A stretch of 64,000 nt of DNA from Bacteroidales bacterium (GCA_035371305.1 DAOOWN010000003.1:2801-66800), one strand, 5' to 3'. Shown: positions 8,451 through 18,558, counted from the stretch's first letter. The notes: generated by a model from the sequence alone, not told the origin. A program made the numbers and translations.

Positions 8451-10478
8451 ATGACAAACGAAGAAACCGAAAAAAATTTAGAAGCTGCACGTCAGCTTAT
8501 TGAAAAAATTAAAGAACAATTAGGTTACGAAAATGAAAAAATAGAGGAGTTTAAATTAAAAATGTATCGCGAAAATGACTTTAAAGTAAGCAAATTTCAA
8601 GCTTACACCGGTCCTAATTTTTATTTGGATCGTGCTGCCTTGGTTTTTAATATATTTATTTCACCCATAGGCGATAGTGTAAATTTCTACAAAGAACAAA
8701 TTTCAAAAGTTTTTCCGAAAGCTACGGAATGGGAAACTCCTTATGTTATCGATTTGTTCTGCAAGGTTTTACTCGAAACGTTGAAAATGGATATTGACTT
8801 ATTTATAAATAAATATTCCATTTCGACCGATGGCGACGAATATGTTGTTGCTATTGAATACCTTGATAAAAAAGTTGCAAAAGAAGCTGTTTATTTAGTT
8901 TCAGACTGGTTTTATGCCATTTCAAACGATGATGATTTCGATTTTACAAAACAATGGCTTGATTTACAAGCAAAATTCGATAAAACGTTGTTTGGTGGAC
9001 CCACTATTTATTCGTTAGTCGAAGCCGGTTTAAAACGCGATATTCCGGTTATTTATCTTTTTGAAGAAAACCAATTTATGTGGGGTTATGGCAAAAAACA
9101 ATTAAGAGGACGCTCCACAACCTTTCACAATGACGGAATAAAAGATACCGAGTTTACTATGTATAAAGATATGGTAGGCGATTTTCTTGTAAAATGTGGT
9201 TTCCCAACTCCGCAAGGAACAAATTGCTATACCGAAGAAGAAATATTAGAAGCTGTTCGTAAGTTATCTTTCCCTGTAGTTGTCAAGCCCGTTGCCGGAC
9301 ATAAGGGGCAAGGAGTTACAACCGGTATAGAAAGCGAAGCACAAGCTATCGAAGCATTTAATAAAATAGTTAAAGCGGCTCAGGAAGAAGGTGTAAATTT
9401 TGATGGTGCTCTAGTACAACAGCAAATATACGGAACAGACCACCGCTTATTAGCAGTTGGCGGAAAATTCGTTGCCGCTCTCGAACGCGTTCCTGCTTAT
9501 GTGGATGGCGACGGAACCAATACAATTGAAAAGCTAATTGAAGAAGAAAATAAAAAAATTATTCGTTTAGACAATGCTCGTTCACCATTATGCAAAATTA
9601 AAATCGACGATAATTTAGTCGAATTCCTTAAATTACAAGGGTTAACACTAAACGATGTTCCTAAAGCTGGCGAACGTATTACATTGCGTCGTGTTGCTAA
9701 CATTTCAGCCGGTGGTGTTTCTATCAATGTTACCGATAAAATTCATCCACTCAATGTAAAAATGGTTGAAGATATTGCTTCGTATTTTAATGTACGCTGT
9801 TTAGGTATTGATGTCTTGGCTCAGGATATTTCTAAACCGTGGACAGAAGGCAATTTTGGTATCATTGAAATCAATGCCGGTCCCGGTGTATTTATGCACT
9901 TAGCACCTGCATATGGCGGAAGTATTGACGTGCCAGGCAAAATCATTCTTTCACACTTTAAACGGCCAGAAAATGCCCGTATTCCAATTATTGCAGCAAA
10001 CTTTGTGTCGCAAGAATTTGCTAATCTCTTAAATGCCAAATTGCACGAAATAAAACCCTCTGTATTTTTTAGCAGTTTAACCCGTAAAGGGGTATATTTT
10101 AATGGTGAATATTTTTACAACAACCCCAACCACGATGCAAATGTTGAAAACCTACTGCGTCATCCGAAAGTTGATTTTGCTTTAATTGCTCATGAATCAG
10201 ACGATATTTACGATTTTGGACTAGTTCATGTTGGAGCCGATTTGGTTATTTTAGACGAACCTCGTTATTCTGAAGAAAAAACACTTCTTGGTCAATTGCT
10301 CCCCGGTGGCAATGTTGTATGGATTGAAGGAAATCAAATCTACCTTAAAAACAATGGCGATGTACTCAACTCAACAACATTTGACGAAAACAATCCGGAT
10401 GATAAAGAACAAAAACTATTATCCATTATTGAGCCCTTACTACATGACTTAATCAATAAATACGAATTTAACGATTAA
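8451..10478 (+). CDS. Cyanophycin synthetase-like protein (N domain + ATP-grasp G domain + short degenerate M domain; CphA2-like architecture)
   Basis: 675 aa, colinear with CphA as I recall it. Matching stretches include TGPNFYL, GTDHRLLAVGGKFVAALERVPAYVDGDGTNTIEKLIEEEN, LRRVANISAGGVSINVTDKIHP and IIEINAGPGVFMHLAP. Where CphA1 has RIPI..VTGTNGKTT, this protein has RIPIIAANFVSQEF (9978-10019). Confidence 0.7.
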   Translation: MTNEETEKNLEAARQLIEKIKEQLGYENEKIEEFKLKMYRENDFKVSKFQAYTGPNFYLDRAALVFNIFISPIGDSVNFYKEQISKVFPKATEWETPYVIDLFCKVLLETLKMDIDLFINKYSISTDGDEYVVAIEYLDKKVAKEAVYLVSDWFYAISNDDDFDFTKQWLDLQAKFDKTLFGGPTIYSLVEAGLKRDIPVIYLFEENQFMWGYGKKQLRGRSTTFHNDGIKDTEFTMYKDMVGDFLVKCGFPTPQGTNCYTEEEILEAVRKLSFPVVVKPVAGHKGQGVTTGIESEAQAIEAFNKIVKAAQEEGVNFDGALVQQQIYGTDHRLLAVGGKFVAALERVPAYVDGDGTNTIEKLIEEENKKIIRLDNARSPLCKIKIDDNLVEFLKLQGLTLNDVPKAGERITLRRVANISAGGVSINVTDKIHPLNVKMVEDIASYFNVRCLGIDVLAQDISKPWTEGNFGIIEINAGPGVFMHLAPAYGGSIDVPGKIILSHFKRPENARIPIIAANFVSQEFANLLNAKLHEIKPSVFFSSLTRKGVYFNGEYFYNNPNHDANVENLLRHPKVDFALIAHESDDIYDFGLVHVGADLVILDEPRYSEEKTLLGQLLPGGNVVWIEGNQIYLKNNGDVLNSTTFDENNPDDKEQKLLSIIEPLLHDLINKYEFND

Positions 10479-10504
10479 TTAAGTTCAATCGATTTCTACA
10501 AATG

Positions 10505-10538
10505 AGAGGCGGTCTAAAAAAGGACGGCCTCTTTTGTT
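10505..10538 (+). terminator. Rho-independent terminator candidate
   Basis: AGAGGCGGTC / GACGGCCTCT stem with one mismatch, followed by TTTTGTTT. Confidence 0.55.
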
Positions 10539-10599
10539 TCTAAATCAGAATCATATTATTGATAAATTTGTATATTTGAACGTTTTATTTAAAAGCTAT

Positions 10600-11634
10600 A
10601 TGAAAAAGTTGTTTTTTATATTTTCATTTTGCATTTCGATTCGTGCGTTTGCGCAAATCACAATCACTCAATACGATTTGCCAACAGTAAATGATACTAT
10701 TTTCTATAAAACAGGAAATATCAACAATTTTGATCCCAACCTAACAGGAGCAAATACAACATGGGATTTTAGTCAATTATCATTGAATAATCAAAGGTCA
10801 GACACCATTATACCCGTTACCTCAACTCCTATTGTTTATAACGTTGTATTTAATTTTACAATTGCCAATTTGGCATTTATCAATCAATCGCCACCACAAA
10901 TGGGAGGTGGATTAACCGTTTCAGATTACTATGATTTTTACAAAAAATCGAGTACGTATTATCGCAAAGCAGGTTTTGGAGCAACCATAAATGGAGTGCA
11001 AACACCTGTAAAATATGACAATCCGGAATTATTTTTTAAGTTGCCCTTAACTTTTGGCACGTCCGATTCTTCGATTTCTTCATACGGGATGCAAATTCCA
11101 AACAATGGTTATTATGGTCAAACCATTCATCGGAAACATGAAGCTGACGGATGGGGAACCATTATTACACCATATGGCACATACGATGCTATCCGCGTAA
11201 AAGAAACTGTTAATATTACAGATACTATTTTTAGTGCTCAATTTAATTTTGGCTATACTATTAACCGCCCTACTTCGTACGAATATTATTGGTTAACTAA
11301 CGGCTTAAAAAGCCATGTAGCAAAAGTAACAAAGAGTGGTGCTATTAATAACATTGAAATTCGATTTGAACCGGCAACCTATGTAAGCAATATCGAAGAC
11401 GAACAATTAAAAATATTTCCGAACCCTGTTTCAGAAAATATGATAATTCGCAACTTACCAACAGGTCATAAAACGTTAATTCTTGTTAATGCTCTTGGAC
11501 AAAAATTTATGGATTATACGACATTAGAAAACGAAATACATTTAAATACCAGTCTTTTCCCTTGTGGAATATATTATTTGATTGTTTCCGGTGAAAGGTA
11601 CTCCTCAAAACAAAAGGTTGTCATTCAATATTGA
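10600..11634 (+). CDS. Secreted protein with T9SS type A C-terminal sorting domain
   Basis: Signal peptide MKKLFFIFSFCISIRAFAQ starts at ATG 10600. The C-terminus KIFPNPVSENMIIRNL...GIYYLIVSGERYSSKQKVVIQY matches the Por secretion-tail pattern. Confidence 0.7.
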   Translation: MKKLFFIFSFCISIRAFAQITITQYDLPTVNDTIFYKTGNINNFDPNLTGANTTWDFSQLSLNNQRSDTIIPVTSTPIVYNVVFNFTIANLAFINQSPPQMGGGLTVSDYYDFYKKSSTYYRKAGFGATINGVQTPVKYDNPELFFKLPLTFGTSDSSISSYGMQIPNNGYYGQTIHRKHEADGWGTIITPYGTYDAIRVKETVNITDTIFSAQFNFGYTINRPTSYEYYWLTNGLKSHVAKVTKSGAINNIEIRFEPATYVSNIEDEQLKIFPNPVSENMIIRNLPTGHKTLILVNALGQKFMDYTTLENEIHLNTSLFPCGIYYLIVSGERYSSKQKVVIQY

Positions 11635-11699
11635 CAAATTGTCATCGTCTTTTTTTTGGTAATCTTTTTGATTTATCTTTGAACTAAAATTTTACAACT

Positions 11700-12386
11700 A
11701 TGGTAATAGGACCTATTTGGATTATATTTGGAGTGTTTATGCTCATTAGTTGGCTTATCGGAGCACAACTTAAAAGTCGTTTTCGTGAATATTCAACGAT
11801 CCCGGTTAATTATGGATTAAGTGGCAAAGAAGTAGCCGAAAAAATGTTGTACGAAAACGGTATTTCCGATGTAAAAGTCGTTTCGGTTCCCGGACAACTA
11901 ACCGACCATTACAATCCTGCAACTAAAACGGTTAATTTAAGTCCCGATGTTTATAATGGAAGAAACGTTGCCGCTGCTGCGGTTGCCGCTCACGAATGCG
12001 GTCATGCTATTCAGCATGCTCATGCATATGCTTTTTTAGAAATGCGTTCGGCATTAGTTCCTGTTGTTAGCTTTGCTTCGCAATGGGTACAATGGGTATT
12101 GTTAGCAGGTATATTATTGTTGCAATCGTTTCCTTATTTAATGCTTGGAGGAATCATTCTTTTTGCATTGACAACATTATTTAGCTTTATTACATTACCT
12201 GTTGAAATAAATGCAAGTCAGCGTGCTTTGGTATGGTTAACAAACAGTGGAATCACAACATCTCAAACCTATCCCAAAGCAAAAGATGCATTAAAATGGG
12301 CAGCTTATACTTACGTAGTGGCAGCGTTAGCATCTTTAGCTACGTTGCTTTATTATATTGCCATTTTTACAGGTAGAAGAGATTAA
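11700..12386 (+). CDS. Membrane zinc metallopeptidase (YugP / Zn_peptidase_2-like)
   Basis: 228 aa with an HExxH motif (AHECGHAIQH) between an N-terminal TM and C-terminal TM helices. Confidence 0.7.
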   Translation: MVIGPIWIIFGVFMLISWLIGAQLKSRFREYSTIPVNYGLSGKEVAEKMLYENGISDVKVVSVPGQLTDHYNPATKTVNLSPDVYNGRNVAAAAVAAHECGHAIQHAHAYAFLEMRSALVPVVSFASQWVQWVLLAGILLLQSFPYLMLGGIILFALTTLFSFITLPVEINASQRALVWLTNSGITTSQTYPKAKDALKWAAYTYVVAALASLATLLYYIAIFTGRRD

Positions 12387-12391
12387 TAAGC

Positions 12392-13204
12392 ATGAAAAAA
12401 AAGTATATGTGGATCATTGCAGCTATCATAACGATAGCTGCAGCTGTTTTTCAACGAATGACAGGTCCTACCTATCCGTTGAAAGGAGAAAAAGAAGTTT
12501 CAGGGCAAATAATTAAATATAAACTTCCTCGTTCAGCCGAAACAGGAACAAATTTAGTTGTTTCAGCTCCTAAAGTAGAGGGATATGAAGCATTTTTGGT
12601 TTATAAACGATATAAAACAAACGATTCTTTGGCATCAATAATAATGTCTGAGGATTCTGCCGGTAATTTAACGGCTTCCCTTCCTTCTCTTCCGGCAGCC
12701 GGAAAATATGCTTATAATATTCATTATCAAAAACTTCAAGAATCAAATGACCGAATCGTTTTATCCGACAAAGATGTGGTGGTTCGTTTTAAAGGAACTG
12801 TTCCATCGTGGATTTTAATTCTACATATTTTCTTTATCTTTTTTGCTATGTTGTTTTCTAACTATACAGGGATTTTAGCATTTCAAAATGATGCATTGAC
12901 GATGAAATGGTCAATGATAACGTTGATATTCTTGGTTATGGGAGGATTTATATTCGGGCCTATCGTACAAAAATTCGCTTTTGGCGAATTTTGGACAGGC
13001 TTTCCTTTTGGTTACGACCTTACAGACAATAAAGTTCTTTTAAGCGTTTTATCGTGGTTAATAGCGTGGGTTTTATATAAAAAGTATCAAAGTCCAAGGT
13101 GGTTTTTACTTGCGGCTATTTTAACCTTTATTATTTATTTAATTCCGCATAGCTTATTTGGTTCTGAACTCGATTTTACAACCGGTATTGTTAAACAGGG
13201 ATAA
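12392..13204 (+). CDS. Hypothetical integral membrane protein
   Basis: 270 aa with an N-terminal anchor, a soluble region of about 130 aa and about 4 C-terminal TM helices. It starts 5 nt after the peptidase gene. I recognise no family. Confidence 0.5.
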   Translation: MKKKYMWIIAAIITIAAAVFQRMTGPTYPLKGEKEVSGQIIKYKLPRSAETGTNLVVSAPKVEGYEAFLVYKRYKTNDSLASIIMSEDSAGNLTASLPSLPAAGKYAYNIHYQKLQESNDRIVLSDKDVVVRFKGTVPSWILILHIFFIFFAMLFSNYTGILAFQNDALTMKWSMITLIFLVMGGFIFGPIVQKFAFGEFWTGFPFGYDLTDNKVLLSVLSWLIAWVLYKKYQSPRWFLLAAILTFIIYLIPHSLFGSELDFTTGIVKQG

Positions 13205-13240
13205 ACACCATTTTAAATTTACAGATATTGAATAATGCAT

Positions 13241-13248
13241 TATCTTTG
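13241..13248 (+). promoter_or_regulatory. Candidate -7 box (TAnnTTTG)
   Basis: TATCTTTG lies 15 nt upstream of the ATG at 13264. Confidence 0.4.
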
Positions 13249-13263
13249 CTTTAAAAAAAGAAA

Positions 13264-14490
13264 ATGCAATTAACGTATCAATGCAACGATTGTGATTCTA
13301 TTTTTGAATCGGAAAAAACGGAATATTTATGCCCTCGATGTTCATCTAAAAACAAACCGGATTCTCCCCCTCTGGGAGTTTTAAGGGTTTTATATAATTA
13401 CGCAGCTATAAAGAAACAAAGTGCTAATCTTTTAAGTTTTCTTATAAATAAAGATTTTTTGCCACTGTTACCTATTCAAAATACCGACAGCTTACCTTTC
13501 TTAAGAGTTGGGAAAACCCCCTTGTATCGTATTAAAAAACAAAGTGCAACTGTATTTCTAAAAGACGACAGTTTAAACCCGACTTTTTCATTTAAAGACA
13601 GAGCATCGGCTATTGTATCGGCATATGCTAAAGAAAACAATATTCAAACAATTGTAGCTGCTTCTACCGGGAATGCCGGTTCTTCGTTAGCCGGAATTTG
13701 TGCTGCACAAAATCAAAAGGCAGTGATTTTTGTCCCGGCAGCAGCCCCAAAAGCAAAATTAACACAAATCATGATGTATGGGGCACAAATTGTTCCGGTA
13801 GCAGGAAATTATGATATGGCTTTTGATTTAAGTGTCGAAATTACCCGAAAATATGGATTTTACAATAGAAACACCGCTTTTAATCCGTTAACGATTGAAG
13901 GGAAAAAAACGGTTTCATTTGAAATCGTTCAGCAGTTGAATGGCGATGTGCCCGATAAAATTTTTGTTCCGGTAGGAGATGGAGTTATAATTTCGGGTGT
14001 TTTTAAAGGATTTGAAGATTTGCTCGCATTAGGGATTATTTGCAAAATGCCACAAATAATTGCAGTTCAAGCGAAAGGAAGCAGTAATATTATTGATAAC
14101 CTTGATTCAGAAACGTTTATCTCCAATCCCAGTAAGACCATTGCCGATTCTATTTCGGTTGATATACCTCGTAATTTTTATATGGCAAAAAAATACATAA
14201 AAAAATACAATGGATTGGGTTTAAAAGTATCTGACGAAGAAATATTAAATGCTTCTAAAACCTTAACTTCAATGTTTGGTGTTTTTTCAGAGCCTGCTGC
14301 AAGTACGGCTTATGCTGGATTTTTAAAACTTCAATCTCAAAATATGATAAAGCAGAACGAAAAAGTGTTAATTTTGTTAACCGGTTCAGGACTAAAAGAT
14401 TTAAATGCCGTTCAGCCACTCTTACACATGCCGGCTCCGGTTGAGGCGAATATAGGTGCAGTTGAACAATTTTTAAATTTAAAAAAATAA
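13264..14490 (+). CDS. Threonine synthase-like PLP-dependent enzyme with N-terminal zinc ribbon
   Basis: 408 aa. The zinc ribbon is CNDCDS...CPRCSS. The PLP-lysine motif SFKDRAS and the glycine loop AASTGNAGSS place it in the beta-family (fold type II) PLP enzymes. Confidence 0.7.
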   Translation: MQLTYQCNDCDSIFESEKTEYLCPRCSSKNKPDSPPLGVLRVLYNYAAIKKQSANLLSFLINKDFLPLLPIQNTDSLPFLRVGKTPLYRIKKQSATVFLKDDSLNPTFSFKDRASAIVSAYAKENNIQTIVAASTGNAGSSLAGICAAQNQKAVIFVPAAAPKAKLTQIMMYGAQIVPVAGNYDMAFDLSVEITRKYGFYNRNTAFNPLTIEGKKTVSFEIVQQLNGDVPDKIFVPVGDGVIISGVFKGFEDLLALGIICKMPQIIAVQAKGSSNIIDNLDSETFISNPSKTIADSISVDIPRNFYMAKKYIKKYNGLGLKVSDEEILNASKTLTSMFGVFSEPAASTAYAGFLKLQSQNMIKQNEKVLILLTGSGLKDLNAVQPLLHMPAPVEANIGAVEQFLNLKK

Positions 14491-14493
14491 GTT

Positions 14494-17049
14494 ATGATAC
14501 GTTTTTATTTAAACGAAAAACCAATAGAGTATAATGGTGATTCAACTATAACATTATTGAATTTTTTGCGAAACGACCAAAATATAACTTCGGTAAAAGA
14601 TGGCTGTAATGGTCAATCAGCATGTGGTGCATGTTTGGTTGAAATAGACGGAAAGGCGAAATTAAGCTGCGTTACTAAAATGTCATCACTCGAAGGCTCT
14701 AAAGTCTATACACTTGAAGGAATTCCCGAAAATATTCGCGACCTTATTGCCAAAGCTTTTGTAGAAAAAGGTGCTGTTCAGTGCGGATTCTGCACACCCG
14801 GATTTATTATGCGAACCAAACTTCTTCTCCAGGAAAATCCCAATCCCACCATCGACGAAATTCGACAAGCCTTAAAGTGGCATTTGTGCCGCTGTACCGG
14901 TTACAAAAAAATTGAAAAGGCTATTTCCTATTCAGCTGATTTACTCAAAAATAAAGAAGATATTAAACTCGATTTCTCACACAAAGGCGTGGGTTCATTC
15001 CTGCCCAAATACGAAGCATTTGAAACAGCTATCGGTAAAAGAAAATTCATAAACGACATGTTTTTTGAAGGCATGTTATACGGAGCATTGCGATTTTCAG
15101 ATTATCCCAAAGCAAAAGTTTTAAAAATAGATATTTCAGAAGCTGAAAAATCAGAAGGCGTTGTTCGTATTTTTACTTCAAAAGACATTCCCGGAAATAA
15201 AATAACAGGTTTAATTTTCAATGATTGGCCATTAATGATTTCCGAAGGCGAAATAACTCGCTATATAGGCGATGTGCTTGCCGGAGTGGTTGCAGATTCC
15301 AAAGAAAATGCCCAAAAAGCAGCAGCAAAAATCAAGGTCGAATACGAAGTTTACGAGCCCGTTACCGATGTTCACGAAGCACTAAAAGAAAATGCTCCCC
15401 AAGTTCATCCAAATAAATCGAACTTGTTGGATAATTGTGTCTTAAAACAGGGAAATGCCGATGAAGTGATTGCAAGCTCGGCTTATAAATTTCACGGTGT
15501 CTTTCAAACACAACGTATTGAGCATGCATTTCTCGAAACAGAAACGGCAATTGCTCTTCCCGACAACGATGGCATTTTGCTTTATTCTTCAGGTCAAGGA
15601 ATATACGAAGATAGGCGACAGGTGGCTCAACTTCTTAATTTACCCGAAGAAAAAGTACGTGTAATATTAGTTCCCAATGGCGGGGGATTTGGCGGAAAAG
15701 AAGACATAACGGTTCAAGGTCATGTATCGTTGTTTGCGTATAGGTTGAAAAAGCCGGTAAAACTTACTTTAACACGCGAAGAAAGTTTACGTATGCATCC
15801 CAAACGTCATCCGGTATGGATAGACATGACATTGACATGCGACGAAAAAGGAAAGCTTACTGCCATGAAACTAAGAGCCATTGGCGATACCGGAGCTTAT
15901 GCATCGGTTGGCAATAAAGTAATGGAAAGAATAGCCGGTCATGCCACCGGAGGATATTTTGTTCCGGTTATAGATTTAGAATCAAAAACGGTTTATACGA
16001 ACAATATACCTTGCGGAGCCATGCGTGGTTTTGGTGCTAACCAAGCTGCTTTTGCACTAGAGGCGTGTATTGACGAACTCTGCAAACAAGGTGGCTTTGA
16101 TCGTTGGCAGTTTAGATACGATAATGCTTTAACCGATGGTTTGACCACTGCAACGGGCGATAGAGTTAGGGGAGTGGGGATTCGGGCTTGCCTTGATAAA
16201 TTAAAACCATACTACGAAAAAGCAGAATATTGTGGTATTGCAACCGCCATAAAAAACAGTGGAATTGGAAATGGAATGGTTGATTATTCCGATGTCATAA
16301 TAGAAATCGTTGCACCCGATAAAGTTGTTTTGCATCATGGTTGGACTGAAATGGGACAAGGAATACATACGGTTGCAACTCAAATTTTATGCGAAGAAAC
16401 GGGAATAGATAGTTCCATTATTGAAGTTATTGTCGATACTCAGGCAAACATCAAGACAGGAATGACAACCTCATCCAGAGCAACCGTTTTGCTTGGAAAT
16501 GCTATTCGCGAAGCAGCAAAAACCATGAAAATGGATTTAGCAGGAAAAAGCCTTAAAGATATAGTAGGCCATCGTTATCAGGCTCGTTGGGAGTGCACAT
16601 GGACGGTTAAACCGGGAACTCCGTCAGAAAATCCGGCAACACATTATTCTTATGGTTATGCTGCGCAATTAGTTATTCTAGATAAAACAGGGAACATAGA
16701 GAAAGTGATTGCTGCTCACGATGCAGGTAAAATTATTAATCCCGTGCTTTTTGAAGGTCAAATAGAAGGTGCTGTACACATGGGTTTAGGTTATGCTTTA
16801 ACCGAAGATTTTCCGATGAAAAACGGATTTCCGGTTAGCTATAAATTAAGAGATTGTGGAGTATTGCGGGCACACGAAACACCCGAAATTGTTGTGCTTG
16901 GGGTAGAAGTTCCCGATCCGGTTGGACCATATGGAGCCAAAGGATTGGGCGAGATAGGTCTTGTTCCAACTGCTGCTGCTGTGGGAAACGCATTTTGTCA
17001 GTTCGACGGAATCCGCAGGTATTCTTTACCAATGAAAAAAAGTACATAA
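14494..17049 (+). CDS. Molybdopterin aldehyde oxidoreductase, MOP type (2x[2Fe-2S] + Mo-binding domains, no FAD domain)
   Basis: 851 aa. The Fer2 motif is CNGQSACGACLVEIDG and the second 2Fe-2S motif is QCGFCTPGFIMR...HLCRCTGY. GGGFGGKED and GAKGLGEIGLVP carry the catalytic-Glu context of xanthine-oxidase-family enzymes. Confidence 0.8.
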   Translation: MIRFYLNEKPIEYNGDSTITLLNFLRNDQNITSVKDGCNGQSACGACLVEIDGKAKLSCVTKMSSLEGSKVYTLEGIPENIRDLIAKAFVEKGAVQCGFCTPGFIMRTKLLLQENPNPTIDEIRQALKWHLCRCTGYKKIEKAISYSADLLKNKEDIKLDFSHKGVGSFLPKYEAFETAIGKRKFINDMFFEGMLYGALRFSDYPKAKVLKIDISEAEKSEGVVRIFTSKDIPGNKITGLIFNDWPLMISEGEITRYIGDVLAGVVADSKENAQKAAAKIKVEYEVYEPVTDVHEALKENAPQVHPNKSNLLDNCVLKQGNADEVIASSAYKFHGVFQTQRIEHAFLETETAIALPDNDGILLYSSGQGIYEDRRQVAQLLNLPEEKVRVILVPNGGGFGGKEDITVQGHVSLFAYRLKKPVKLTLTREESLRMHPKRHPVWIDMTLTCDEKGKLTAMKLRAIGDTGAYASVGNKVMERIAGHATGGYFVPVIDLESKTVYTNNIPCGAMRGFGANQAAFALEACIDELCKQGGFDRWQFRYDNALTDGLTTATGDRVRGVGIRACLDKLKPYYEKAEYCGIATAIKNSGIGNGMVDYSDVIIEIVAPDKVVLHHGWTEMGQGIHTVATQILCEETGIDSSIIEVIVDTQANIKTGMTTSSRATVLLGNAIREAAKTMKMDLAGKSLKDIVGHRYQARWECTWTVKPGTPSENPATHYSYGYAAQLVILDKTGNIEKVIAAHDAGKIINPVLFEGQIEGAVHMGLGYALTEDFPMKNGFPVSYKLRDCGVLRAHETPEIVVLGVEVPDPVGPYGAKGLGEIGLVPTAAAVGNAFCQFDGIRRYSLPMKKST

Positions 17050-17187
17050 AATATATTTTCAATTAAATCGGAACAATTTCGGTATTTCATTACCGGATAT
17101 TGTTTTTTTAAAATTATTTTCTCATTTTTGTATCAGAATGTGATAACTATCATATTTGTTTAAAATCTAAGTATGTAAATAATTAAA

Positions 17188-17195
17188 TACTTTTG
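17188..17195 (+). promoter_or_regulatory. Candidate -7 box (TAnnTTTG) for the nqr operon
   Basis: TACTTTTG lies 20 nt upstream of the nqrA ATG. Confidence 0.4.
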
Positions 17196-17214
17196 TGAAG
17201 TAATTAAACATTAT

Positions 17215-18558
17215 ATGTCAAAAACAATTAAATTACGCAAAGGATTAGATATACGTTTGAAAGGGAAGGCCGAAAAAAAATGGTTACCTATTCCAGCATC
17301 TCAAACTTATGCAATTTGTCCGGAGGATTTTATTGGTATAATTCCAAAACCTATTGCAAAAGAAGGTGATGAATTAAAAGCCGGCAGCCCCTTGTTTTAT
17401 AGTAAAGACAATCCTGAAATAATCGTTGCATCGCCGGTTAGCGGACGTTTATTAGAGATAAAAAGAGGCGAAAAGCGGAAAATTTTAGCATTTATTATTG
17501 AAGCATCGAATGAGCAAATTTATGAACAGAGCGTTGATAATATAAACGACTTGAAAGGCCAGGATTTAATAAAAGCACTATTAAAAGTTGGTTTATGGTC
17601 ATTCATTCGTCAACGTCCTTATAATATTATTGCAAACCCGAATTCAACTCCAAAATCTATTTTTATTAGCGGTTTTGATACAGCTCCTTTAGCTCCGGAT
17701 TTGGAATTTATTTTAGATGGCGAGCAAGAAAATATTCAAGCCGGTATAAATCTAATCAAAAAAATAGTCGATGTACCGATATTTGTTGGAATAGAGCCAA
17801 ATCGAAACTCTATTTTTGAAAAAATTCAGGGAATACAGATCAACTATTTTAGTGGTCCACATCCTGCTGGGAATGTTGGTGTGCAAATTCATCATATTCA
17901 TCCGATTAACAAGGGTGAAGTGGTATGGACAATTCAACCCGAAGATTTGGCTGTTATAGGTCGTTATGCACTTACTGGCAAATATGATGTAAGGAGAAAA
18001 ATAGCATTGGTTGGTAGTCAGTTATCTATACCGGCTTACATTGAAACAATGCAAGGGGCAAAAATATCGACATTTATTGAAAACAACAGCACAAGCGAAA
18101 ACAATCGCTATATATCAGGCAATGTTTTGACTGGGATAAATAAAGGTAAAGACGGCTATTTAGGATTTTACGATCGTATGGTAAGCGTTATTCCCGAAGG
18201 TAATAAATACGAATTTTTAGGATGGGCAATGCCCGGTTTAAATAAATTCAGTATGTCTCGTTCGTATTTTTCATGGTTAAGACCTAAAAAAGAATTTGTT
18301 TTAGATACAAACTACCATGGAGGTGTGCGGGCATACGTTATGACAGACCAATACGAAAAGGTTGTCCCAATGGATATTTTACCGCAACAATTGGTAAAAG
18401 CAGCCATTATTAAAGACATTGATTTGTTGGAAAAACTTGGTATATACGAAGTTGTAGAAGAAGACTTGGCTTTGTGCGAATACGTTTGTACTTCAAAAAT
18501 CGAAGTTCAATCTATTATTCGCGAAGCCTTAGATTTAATCCGAAGTGAAATGAGTTAA
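17215..18558 (+). CDS. nqrA: Na+-translocating NADH:quinone reductase subunit A
   Basis: 447 aa and the first gene of a six-gene operon with canonical NQR order and sizes. The N-terminus MSKTIKLRKGLDIRLKGKAE is typical. Confidence 0.85.
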   Translation: MSKTIKLRKGLDIRLKGKAEKKWLPIPASQTYAICPEDFIGIIPKPIAKEGDELKAGSPLFYSKDNPEIIVASPVSGRLLEIKRGEKRKILAFIIEASNEQIYEQSVDNINDLKGQDLIKALLKVGLWSFIRQRPYNIIANPNSTPKSIFISGFDTAPLAPDLEFILDGEQENIQAGINLIKKIVDVPIFVGIEPNRNSIFEKIQGIQINYFSGPHPAGNVGVQIHHIHPINKGEVVWTIQPEDLAVIGRYALTGKYDVRRKIALVGSQLSIPAYIETMQGAKISTFIENNSTSENNRYISGNVLTGINKGKDGYLGFYDRMVSVIPEGNKYEFLGWAMPGLNKFSMSRSYFSWLRPKKEFVLDTNYHGGVRAYVMTDQYEKVVPMDILPQQLVKAAIIKDIDLLEKLGIYEVVEEDLALCEYVCTSKIEVQSIIREALDLIRSEMS

